Below, piece by piece: positions 10,265 to 19,898 of a DNA stretch of 64,000 bases (positions are counted from its first letter, which is position 1; every line of letters begins with the position of its first letter). Below the pieces are notes generated by a model, which had not been told where the DNA came from, searched no databases, and saw only the letters and a list, made by a program, of their open reading frames with translations. The stretch is taken from NCBI GenBank assembly GCA_965216635.1, contig OZ244188.1:1344001-1408000 (forward strand), read 5' to 3'. Source of the DNA: a bacterium (GTDB lineage: Bacteria > SAR324 > XYD2-FULL-50-16 > G965216635). A program made the translations under genes and the position numbers.

Positions 10265-10979
10265 CAAGGTTTTGCATAAGAAAGATTATCTGAATTTTTC
10301 TCAAAAAATTCTTAAAACCCAATTAGAGAAGATTCGCCAGAATCATTTTATGAGTCCAAAAGCTTGGGAAGAATATTACCAGAAAAATAAAAAAATACTT
10401 TGCGACAAACCAGACCCACTTTTGATCTCGGAAATATTGCTACTTGGTAAGAAATTTCCCAACCATTTTTCTTCTGTTTTGGATTTGGGTTGTGGCGCAG
10501 CAGCGAATAGTCTCTTTTTAGCAAGACAGGGTTGGAAAGTTGTAGCAGTGGATACTTCAAAAACAGCAATTCAAAGACTGCAAAAACAAGCTAAACAAGA
10601 AAACCTACCTTTAACGGCTCAGCAAACAGACGCAGTAAATTTTTCAAGCGAAGAAGAATTTGACTGCGTTCTAATTTGCGATCTTCATTTAGCTTCATCC
10701 CAGAGGAAGAAAATATTTCAAAATAGCCTGAAACTTTTAAAAAAAAAAGGAGTGCTACTTTATTTTTCTTTAATAGAGTCTCCAAACGGGAATAGCGATA
10801 TTTTTCCTTCCTTAGAAAGATTACTATTAGATTTTCCTAAAGAATTTAAAATAACGACCGCAGAGGAACTTACCCGATGTGTTTTTTTAGGACATAATCT
10901 ACGAACAGGGCAAGAATCTTTGCCCCAATCTGTTTTAAAAGGTGAAGGTATAAAAATCAAAGCCCAGCTTTCTCTTTAA
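10236..10979 (+). CDS. Class I SAM-dependent methyltransferase (TehB-like); true start probably downstream (~10349)
   Basis: VLDLGCGAAANSLFLARQGWKVVAVD. Confidence 0.85.
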   Translation: MNLPLALYSNKVLHKKDYLNFSQKILKTQLEKIRQNHFMSPKAWEEYYQKNKKILCDKPDPLLISEILLLGKKFPNHFSSVLDLGCGAAANSLFLARQGWKVVAVDTSKTAIQRLQKQAKQENLPLTAQQTDAVNFSSEEEFDCVLICDLHLASSQRKKIFQNSLKLLKKKGVLLYFSLIESPNGNSDIFPSLERLLLDFPKEFKITTAEELTRCVFLGHNLRTGQESLPQSVLKGEGIKIKAQLSL

Positions 10980-11044
10980 AAAATTTTACTATTTCTTTTT
11001 ATTGAGGTATTTCTTATCATAGCCTTTTTTAAAAACTATATTCA

Positions 11045-11723
11045 ATGCAAAATAAAAAACTTTTTTGGATTTTTGGGGGAGGGTTGATTTTAGCAGTATC
11101 CTATCTTTTATATTTATTATTTCCTTATGTGACTATTACGCATTCACTATCTCAATATAGGTATGCTGAAATAATTTTTATTATTATATTGGTTTTATGC
11201 TATAGTTTGATATTATTTAATTGGGTAAATAGACACTAAACTTTCACCTACAGAAGAAATAGTTCCCGAAGAAAAAGAGGGCAAAGAATATGAAGACTAT
11301 AAAGATGAATTGTTGATTCTAAGAAAAGAATCTATAAAATCTTTTGAAAAATTGAGCAATGACTACCAAAAGGCACTAATGACTTTTGCAGGAGGTGCTA
11401 TTGTTTTAGTAGTTACTTTTATGGCTAGTTTGATTCGTGCAAAAGTGCCTATTCAATTTAATGAGATTATTTTAAAATCTTTAATTTTCTTGACGATTAG
11501 TTTAACTACGATTCTAGGAGGAATTTTTTTAGGTTTAGAAGCTAGGCGTTACGAAACAGACCAAATTGATAAAAGCATTGCTTATTATGATGATAAATAT
11601 TTAGCGCATTACGGAGGAAACTGGAATTTTTGGTCTGGAATAGCGCATATTACTTCGTTTTTTTCTTGTATTTTAGGAATTGTTTTGTTATGCTTTTTTA
11701 TATACTTTAATATTAAAAATTGA
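11045..11723 (+). pseudogene. Multi-TM membrane protein, probably one gene split by a +1 frameshift near 11228 (or two small genes)
   Basis: ORF 11045-11239 (2 TM) overlaps the open frame from 11229 that runs into ORF 11310-11723 (3 TM); removing one A in GTAAATAGAC fuses them. Confidence 0.45.
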
Positions 11724-11725
11724 TT

Positions 11726-11884
11726 ATGTCAGAAAAAAAAAGACATATTAGAACAAACTGGGCTGAAGGCGTGGTGCCTTCAAGAGTGCCGCCTAATAGA
11801 AAGCATAATTCTCCTGTTCGTTCTACATCTACAGCGAAAAAAGCTAGTACTCCAAACCCTAACAAGACACAGAGAGCAAGCTAG
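11726..11884 (+). CDS. 52-aa basic, Pro/Ser-rich peptide
   Basis: ATG 2 nt after preceding stop; MSEKKRHIRTNWAEGVVPSRVPPNRK...RAS*. Confidence 0.4.
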   Translation: MSEKKRHIRTNWAEGVVPSRVPPNRKHNSPVRSTSTAKKASTPNPNKTQRAS

Positions 11885-11893
11885 TCAAAATTT

Positions 11894-11991
11894 CTACCAC
11901 TCTCCTATATTTTTCATAGAAATCCAAGGTTCTTGGGAGTTAAAGCGTCTCCTTGTTGTAGTAGTTCTATAGAAATGCCATCAGGAGATTT
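11894..11991 (-). pseudogene. C-terminal remnant of glyoxalase I/VOC family gene
   Basis: KSPDGISIELLQQGDAL then, after a 1-nt shift, QEPWISMKNIGEW*; no N-terminal part upstream. Confidence 0.65.
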
Positions 11992-12168
11992 TTCCTAGTG
12001 ATTTCGGAAATTTTCCATAACCAACCAATTTTAGAGAATTATATACAAAGTTAAATTTCAATCATTATTGAAATCATTATTGAAATGATTCCTGAAAATA
12101 TTGCCACAAAATTTTAAAAACACAAAATTGAAATAACAGGCTAATTCCATAGACTAATTCAACAGTCT

Positions 12169-13818
12169 CTACTTGTCTTTAAGATACTGTCTCAAAGCAA
12201 ATTTTTGAATTTTTCCAGTAGCTGTTTTGGGTATTTCGCAAAAAATAAAATTTTTCGGAATTTTAAAACCAGCAAGTTTTTCGCAACAAAATTTAGTCAA
12301 CTCATCTTTACTAACTTGTTTATCTGGTTTTAATTCAACAAAAGCGCAAGGAACCTCTCCCCATTTTTCATCAGCTTGTGCCACTACCGCTGCGTGTAAA
12401 ATAGCAGGATGGTTGTATAGGTGGGATTCTATTTCTACAGAAGAAATATTTTCTCCCCCTGAAATAATCACATCTTTAAGCCTATCTTTGACTTGAATAT
12501 ATTTATCTTTTTGCCAAGCAGCAATATCTCCACTATGAAACCAACCTTCTGCAAAAGCCTGTTTTGTAGTCTCACTGTCTTTGTAGTAGCCTTTCATAAT
12601 CGTGTTGCCGCGAATTACAATTTCTCCAAGTGCATTGCTATCCGTTGGAATAAGTTTTCTTGTTTTTGTATCCATTAAACTTACTTCTTCTATCATAGGA
12701 AAAGATATGCCTTGCCAGCTTTTGATTTCTGCTTTTTCGTCTTCATTCAAATCATTCCACTTTTCTTTCCACAAACAATGGGTGATATGCCCGTAGGTTT
12801 CTGTTAATCCATAAACCTGCATTACATCAAACCCGAGTTTCGCCATTCCTCTCAAAATTGCTGGTGGCGGTGGCGCACCCGCAGTCATAGCTTTGACTTT
12901 TTGAGGGAAAGTGCGTTTTTCGGTTTCAGCTGCATTGACTAATAATCCTAACACAATAGGAGCCCCTCCAAAGTGGGTGATGCTATAATCAGCGGCTGCA
13001 TCAAAAATTACTTTTGCCGATACTACACGGCTACAAATCAAAGTTCCCGCCATCAAACAAACGCTCCAAACGTGTCCCCAGCCATTACAATGAAACATTG
13101 GCACAGTATAAAGATAAACTGGATGCATGGGTAATTGCCACGCGGTCACGGTTCCTAAACTCATTAGGTAGGAGCCTCGGTGGTGATAAACCCCTCCTTT
13201 GGGTTTTCCAGAAGTGCCAGAAGTATAATTGAGCGACAAGGCTTGCCATTCATCTTTTGGCATCTGCCAATTATAATTAGGATCTCCTGTTGCTAAAAAA
13301 CTTTCATAATCGGTATCTCCCCAGCTAGATGGATTTTCTACTTCTAAATCGTCTATACGAACGACAGGAAAATTAAGCCCGTGGTCTCCTGTTTCCATTT
13401 CTTGATTAGATAGGGCTATAGCTTCTTTTGCTAATTCTGCAAACTGAGAATCCACTAACAATAATTTACAATCGGAATGTTTGAGAATATAAGCCACTGT
13501 ACTTTTATCTAGCCGCATGTTGATGGTATTGATAACAGCCCCACACATAGGAATACCAAAATGCGCTTCTACCATCGCTGGAGTATTGGGAGAAATTATA
13601 GAGACAGTGTCGCCTATTCCTATGCCTTTTTTATGAAGTGCAGAGGCAAGACGAACCGAGCGTTTATAAACTTCGCTCCAGCTATATTTTTTATCTTGAT
13701 AAATAACCCCCACTTGAGAGCCAAAAATATTTGCCGTTCGGGTGAGAAAAGACAACGGAGATAAGGGCACATAATTAGCCCCTGTTTTTTCTAAAATCTG
13801 ATAATTTTTTTGCGACAT
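12169..13818 (-). CDS. Acyl-CoA synthetase / AMP-dependent ligase
   Basis: NYTSGTSGKPKG, YGLTET, GWFHSGD, DRLKDVIISGGENISS, PKTATGKIQK; likely start MSQKNY at 13818. Confidence 0.95.
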   Translation of the reverse strand: MSQKNYQILEKTGANYVPLSPLSFLTRTANIFGSQVGVIYQDKKYSWSEVYKRSVRLASALHKKGIGIGDTVSIISPNTPAMVEAHFGIPMCGAVINTINMRLDKSTVAYILKHSDCKLLLVDSQFAELAKEAIALSNQEMETGDHGLNFPVVRIDDLEVENPSSWGDTDYESFLATGDPNYNWQMPKDEWQALSLNYTSGTSGKPKGGVYHHRGSYLMSLGTVTAWQLPMHPVYLYTVPMFHCNGWGHVWSVCLMAGTLICSRVVSAKVIFDAAADYSITHFGGAPIVLGLLVNAAETEKRTFPQKVKAMTAGAPPPPAILRGMAKLGFDVMQVYGLTETYGHITHCLWKEKWNDLNEDEKAEIKSWQGISFPMIEEVSLMDTKTRKLIPTDSNALGEIVIRGNTIMKGYYKDSETTKQAFAEGWFHSGDIAAWQKDKYIQVKDRLKDVIISGGENISSVEIESHLYNHPAILHAAVVAQADEKWGEVPCAFVELKPDKQVSKDELTKFCCEKLAGFKIPKNFIFCEIPKTATGKIQKFALRQYLKDK

Positions 13819-13976
13819 AGTTTGAAAAATTCTTAAAATTATTCCACTAGAAAAAACAAAAAAAGTCCAGTGGAAAATCACAAACAAATACAACTAAATC
13901 TCTTTTCTTTTAAGAAGAAGATTTTTACAATCACAAATCTATCTGTTTAATTGCAACAGCTAACCACAAACCAACC

Positions 13977-14865
13977 GCACAATACCTCTTTTATCTAGGG
14001 GTAATTCTCAACTGGAGAAGCAGAATATTATAAAAAATAACTGGTGTAGTCCCCTTTCATTTAGGGGTGATTCTCAACTAAATTAATTAAATCTACATAG
14101 CTTTTAGGGTGTAGTCCCCTTTCATTTAGGGGTAATTCTCAACATTATGAAATATACAAAAACTCAAGAAGTGGGTTGTAGTCCCCTTTAATTTAGGGGT
14201 AATTCTCAACTTTTACTTCATCATTTTTAACAACCTTAACGGTGTAGTCCCCTTTCATTTAGGGGTGATTCTCAACTTAGTTAAAACAATTCAAAATATC
14301 ATTTCGGGGGTAGTCTCTTTCCATTTAGGGGTAATTCTTAACTCCATTCCTACTACTGCCTCTATAAATTTGGGTGTAGTCCCCTTCCATTTAGGGGTAA
14401 TTCTCAACACGAAATAATTAATAGTCAAAACTTGGGTAGGTGTAGTCCCCTTTCATTTAGGGGTGATTCTCAACTAAATTAATTAAATCTACATAGCTTT
14501 TAGGGTGTAGTCCCCTTTCATTTAGGGGTAATTCTCAACCTTTTCATATTAGAATCAACATAAAATTCAGGTGTAGTCCCCTTTCATTTAGGGGTAATTC
14601 TCAAGTTTCTTTTTCTTATTTTTAATCTAAAATCAGGTGTAGTCCCCTTCCATTTAGGGGTAATTCTCAACTAAAAAAAAATCGTTGAAAAATAAAAATA
14701 GGTGTAGTCCCCTTCCATTTAGGGGTAATTCTCAACAAATCGGTAGAAGGCAGGGCGTTTTGTCTGGCGTAGTCCCCTTCCATTTAGGGGTAATTCTCAA
14801 CATTGAGAATGGCTACAGCATAATAATGGGAGGTGTAGTCCTCTTCCATTTAGGTAATTCTCAAC
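13977..14865 (-). CRISPR. Type VI-A CRISPR array: 14 repeats (36 nt), 13 spacers (29-31 nt)
   Basis: Minus-strand consensus GTTGAGAATTACCCCTAAATG(A/G)AAGGGGACTACACC with CCCC/GGGG stem, resembling the LwaCas13a repeat; degenerate trailer repeat 13977-14012; AT-rich leader 14866-14956. Confidence 0.97.
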
Positions 14866-14956
14866 AATAACTACAAAACCATTGATTTTACTAGATAAAA
14901 ACAGGTTTTTGCAAAAAATTTTTGCATTGTTTTTATCATTTCCCGCAAACCTTACG

Positions 14957-17900
14957 CTATTTTTTGAATAATTTAGCAACCGCATCTTTGTATTTCTCTG
15001 AATGCAGTTCTTCAATAATTTTGCGGTTTTTTGAGTTTCTATAATTTTTTTCTATTCTCTTACCTTTAAGGTGTTCTACCTTCTTCACTTCTAGGCTATC
15101 GCATAGCAACTCATTTTTTTCCATCTTAAAGTTAATTTTTAAGTTATCTTTTTTTAGTAATTCGGTAATGGATTTGGTAACAGAATTTTTAAGTTTTCTG
15201 TCGTACTGCGTTAATTTTCTAGCTTCGTTGAGTAACTTTGTTAGATTGATAAGGGCAGGTTTATTCAAAGAGTTAAAATGGGTAAAATCATTGCGTATTT
15301 TTCTATTGTTGCTAATAAAAAAAAAGTCATCAAGCTTGTTGTAGATGGCTTTATGAGTGTCTTTTATTTTATATAATGCTTTTATAATTTGCCCTTCTTG
15401 GACCAATTCTTTTATGTCTGATACTTTTATAATGTTCCCTTTTTTTGCAAATTTTTCAAAATCTTCGTTCTTTATTTCTAAACCTCTAAGTGTCAAAATA
15501 CTTAACATAGCAAAATAGATATCACGTTCCCATAAATGCGAAAAATCGACAAGCCGACCTAAAATAGTTATCATCAACTGGTGGATTTGTTTTTGATGGT
15601 GCAAGTAGACACGGTTTTTTAAATGGCTGTAGTTTTCTGTTTTATTTGCCAGTTCTGCATAACGATCAAAATCTTCTTGTCTAATGGATTTGGAACGACT
15701 GAGTTTTTCGTGTAATCTTTTTTTCTCTTCTTGGATTTCAGCTATGCTATCTTTTTGTTTTTTTAGTTCCTCAATTTCATTGTCTTTGATTTTAGAATCA
15801 GCAAAAAGTTTTTTTAATTGTGCTAGATTGCCAAATTTTAATAATTCTCTCAAACCTCTAACTGGTATTAGTTGTTCGTCTAACTCATTGTTTTGTTTAA
15901 ATAATCCGTTAAAAACTTCCTCATTTTCATAAAAGTCTTTTAATTCACTATCTTGCAAACTTGTTATATCAAGGGTGGCGTTGTGCATACTTAAATATAA
16001 ATCAATCGCTTCCGCAATAGCACTAAGATCTGTTTTGCCCGTTAATATATGGTATTTTTTGATTTGTAAGGCTAGATGACTCACAAATTCTACTGGGATT
16101 AGATGAAGCGATATGTAGATGGCTGAGTTTTTGATTTCTGTTTTTAGAGGCAGTTGGCTTTCTTGGATTTGACAAGTTGCACCTTTTATAAGCCTCAATA
16201 AAAATTCCAATTCTTTTTCTTTTAAATAACACTTAAAAGCTAAAGCTAAAAAATCTTTTTTAAAATCTTCAATGAAATTGCTTTGTGCTTTTGTTCCTTC
16301 TACATTGCTAATGTAAGGATTGATTTTCACTTGAAAAAAGCTGGCTGTCTCTGCTGCTAGATAAGAAAAATAATCTAATAATTTTTCATCTGTTTTCAAA
16401 TCACGCAACCTATCCATTCTGGCTTTGATTTCTTCGCCTTCTAAAGCATTTCTCCGATTCATCTTCTCAGCAGATTCTGTCGCTGTGTTTTTTGCTTCCT
16501 GTAAAAAGCTATTCAATAAATCTGTGTTTTGTTCTTCAAGCCACTGATGAAAACCTGATTCATATATTTGTTTTAAACAGACAAATTGACAAAGCAGAGT
16601 TTTATTTTCTTGTAGTGCTGTTTGATTCGCTGCTTTAATTATAGTTTTCCTTGGGTTTATATTATCTGCTCTTGTTAGCAATTTGCTGAATTTTGGTAAA
16701 AGAAAGGTGGTGGTTTTTTGTTGTATTTCTGCTAAAAATATATCTGCTTGTTCTTGATTAAGATGGGTTTCTATGTGTGCTGCTTTTAGTGATTCTATGA
16801 GTAATGCTCGTTGTTTTTCTAAATGCTTCTTTATGTATTGCTCTATCGCTGGTTTTATTTCTTGGTCGTCAATATTTGTGTCTGTTTTTAGCACATCGCT
16901 AACTGTATTAAAATGAAAACTGGCGTTGCGAATATCGGCAAGAGTACATCGTAAGCATTTTAGTATTGCATCACGATTTTCGTTGTATAAATTGTGGTTT
17001 TCTCCAAACAATAGATTAAATTGATCGTCAAAATACTTTTTGTCATCAATTTCAATTGTTCTAACATAAATATCTTTGCCTTGATAATCTGGAGCAGCTA
17101 ATCTTCGTAAACTGCTATTAGCAATAGATAAAGCACCTAACCACTGCTTAATAAAAGATTCCTTTTGTTTGATTTCTGTTTGTTTTTCGCTCGTCCAACA
17201 ATCACTGTTTGCTATTTTTTCTAAATCCTTTGTTCCTGCTAAAGCATCATTTTCTGCGGTATAATGAATAACCTTACCTAAACGAATTGCAAAAGAGATT
17301 ATCCTGTTTCTTTCAATAGATAGAGCTAGGTTGTGTAAGCTATTTACATCTAGTTGGTAGGCTTTTTTTGGAGCAAATTTAGGGCGGGGTTGGTATGAAT
17401 CCTCTTTAATTATACTTGGAGGAAATTTAGGGTAGTGTTGGTATAAAGCCTCTTTAATTATACAATGGTAAAGCCACTGCTTATGTTTTCGTGGTTTTCT
17501 GTTTGTAGTTCTTTTATTTTCACATCCTCGCTAAAAATCAATTTATAATGATCGTAAAGACATTTTATAGCATCTCTTCTTGAAAGATATTTTTTATTGT
17601 TCTCTTCCTTAATAAGGCAATTTACTAACTCTTCTAATTGATAAGCTGTCCTAATTTCTTCCCAATTTTTTTTCCAATTTTTTAATAAAATATTTTCTTT
17701 TAAGCTTTTAATATAGCTTTTCTCGTTGGCTGATAGAGATTGAAATAGACTGTCTACAACCTCAAATTTACGAGTATTGTTACTAATAGATTCGGCAAGA
17801 TTATCAATCAAGCCTTTCTTATATTCTTTTTCTTCTAAGTAGATAGATAGCTTGTTTTCATATAAGTGTTGATAAACATTTTCTGCTAATTCATCCCAAT

Positions 17901-18330
17901 CAATTTGATTTAATTCATTATTGCCAATGAATCTTTTATACCAGCGACCTTTTTCAATTCCTTGTTTGTTTTCTATTTTTTCTATTTTGTAAGGATGTAC
18001 TTTTAATTTCCATTTTTTTAAAAAATCCTCATCTTGATTAAATTTTATCAAATCTTTGCTTTTCCATAATTTTATAAATGCTTCGCTTAAATTTTCTCTT
18101 GCCTCGTAAGTGTCTTCATTTAGAAATTTGCCTTTTTTAAAAGATCCGCTTTTATCGGGTTTTTTTATAATTTTATCTAATATTGAAGCCCATTGAGCGA
18201 TAAAAAAAAATTTATCACTATGCACGAATTTTTCAATAGATTCTTTGTTGTTAGGTTTTTCTTTATTGTGTTCAATCTGCCGTTTTTTATTCTCAACAAA
18301 GCTTCTACCGTAAGGTTTAATCGTTTTCAT
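14957..18330 (-). pseudogene. cas13a: Cas13a RNA-guided RNase, ~1124 aa if one frameshift (17530-17461) is repaired
   Basis: N-term MKTIKPYGRS; IRLGKVIHY and WTSEKQTEIKQKESFIKQW (read manually upstream of 17011); HEPN motifs RNASFH and RNDFTH; C-term YDRKLKNSVTKS; adjacent array. Confidence 0.9.
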
Positions 18331-18360
18331 AAGTTCTCTTTTTAGCCAATTCTATTAAAA

Positions 18361-18590
18361 TTGAAATTTACTTGTTAGTTTAGCAGAATCTATAAAGAAG
18401 AGTCAACTTGTGTTGTTCTGCAACTCTTATTTAAGATATTGAAATTTACTTATTAGTTTAGCAGAATCTATAAAAAATAGTCAACTTGTGTTGTTCTGCA
18501 ACTCTTATTTAAGATATCGAAATTTACTTGTTAGTTTAGCAGAATCTATAAAGAATAGTCAACTTGTGTTGTTCTGCAACTCTTATTTAA
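18361..18590 (-). promoter_or_regulatory. 3x 78-bp tandem repeat, each with a sigma70-like promoter facing cas13a
   Basis: Units start 18361, 18439, 18517; minus strand TTGACT-N18-TAAACT with TG extension. Confidence 0.65.
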
Positions 18591-18710
18591 TCTAAGGCTA
18601 TCTATTTTGTAAAAGGAAGAGAGTATACCTTAGCTTGCCTATCTCTATCAGGTAGAATACTGCTAATTTTAAAACCGTGACTTTGCTTTTTTGTTAAAAA
18701 TAGTAGATTT

Positions 18711-18843
18711 ATTGCCAATCTTTCACTATTATAATCTTGACTATATTGCCAATCTTTCACTATTATAGTATTATAATCTTGACTATTATTGCCAATCTCT
18801 CACTATTATAATCTTGACTATATTGCCAATATAGTATTATAAT
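18711..18843 (+). repeat. Imperfect ~33-bp tandem repeats with promoter-like elements
   Basis: ATTGCCAATCTTTCACTATTATAATCTTGACTAT repeated ~4x; TTGACT-N18-TATAAT at 18814-18843. Confidence 0.7.
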
Positions 18844-19015
18844 TGCTTATATCTTATAAATAAGTAGTATTTAAAAAGCAAATTATCTAGTGTAATAAAA
18901 CTATAATAGTTTGAAAGTTATACGTCAGTAGAAGTTGTAAAAACAATTCAAGCCTAAATTTATTTTTATAACTGAAGAATATCAAAGTTTCCATTTAATC
19001 CTTAAGTAAAACACT

Positions 19016-19540
19016 ATGAACACACAAGAAAAAGAAAAACTTCTTTTAGAATATAAAGAAAGTTTAAAAAGAAAAATTGAATTAAGATCTAGCGAGTTAG
19101 TCCCTAATGGAACTGTGGAACACGCAGCAGTTTTAATATCTACGCTTTTTTCTTATGCAAAAGATAAAATAGAGATATTTACTGGAAAACTGAATCCGTT
19201 GGTATATACCAATGGACAAATTATGGATAGTGCAGAAGAAGTTTTGAAAAACAAGAAAGTTAAAATGGAAATACTAATTCAAGAAAAAGATGATTCATTA
19301 CAAGAAAATAGTTTTTTGAATTTTTGTCAGAAAAACAAAAATTGTAAAATCAAAGAAGCAAGTGCAGAAGATAGAAGACGAATCAACCACTTTGTTGTTG
19401 TAGATAGTAAGGCTTTTCGCTTTGAGCCTGATAAAAACAGACCTTTAGCCGTAGGTTGTTTCTACCGCCCAGACTTTGCAAAACAACTTAACGATTTCTT
19501 TGCTGAAATGTTTCAAAGAGGAACGTCTTTAAAAGTGTAA
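19016..19540 (+). CDS. Hypothetical protein, possible PLD-like fold lacking canonical HKD
   Basis: AKDKIEIFTGKL, VKMEILIQ and INHFVVVDSKAFRFE recall the PLD strand pattern; fold is an inference. Confidence 0.55.
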   Translation: MNTQEKEKLLLEYKESLKRKIELRSSELVPNGTVEHAAVLISTLFSYAKDKIEIFTGKLNPLVYTNGQIMDSAEEVLKNKKVKMEILIQEKDDSLQENSFLNFCQKNKNCKIKEASAEDRRRINHFVVVDSKAFRFEPDKNRPLAVGCFYRPDFAKQLNDFFAEMFQRGTSLKV

Positions 19541-19597
19541 TAAAGACAGATTCTATGGAAGAGTTAAGTTATCTCATAAATTTTGCGTTATGCTTAC

Positions 19598-19898
19598 CCC
19601 CACTATTGGGGCTAGCCATATGGTTAGAATAGGTGCGAAAAAAAAATTTAGCTCGTAGGAATGAGCGTAGAAGAAATTTCTTCACAAATGGCAAGAGTTA
19701 AAAAATTTTTTTTAATGGCGTAGTGCCACAATAATGGGATCAGGGCACTACAAACCCTGCATACTCCAAAAAAGGAGTGCAAAAGTGCCAAAAGGCACTT
19801 TTTCTATAGCCCACAAGTAGCCCATAAAAAGCGTCAAGCAAAAAGCTTGTTTTGGCTAAACAGCTAGTTTTGTCCTATTTGGCAAATTCAAAAGTCTA
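19598..19898. mobile_element. Palindromic MITE copy; its end overlaps the pseI stop
   Basis: Shared internal blocks; right end GCAAATTCAAAAGTCTA; left end degenerate and approximate. Confidence 0.75.

Noticed and set aside
12056..12090. AATCATTATTG repeats as a Fur box
   Set aside because: Poor palindrome, and located at gene 3' ends away from the iron genes.
14866..14956. tracrRNA or anti-repeat beside the array
   Set aside because: No extended repeat complement is seen, and type VI does not use a tracrRNA.
14685..15015. Small ORFs over the array and leader
   Set aside because: Incidental translation of repeats and spacers.
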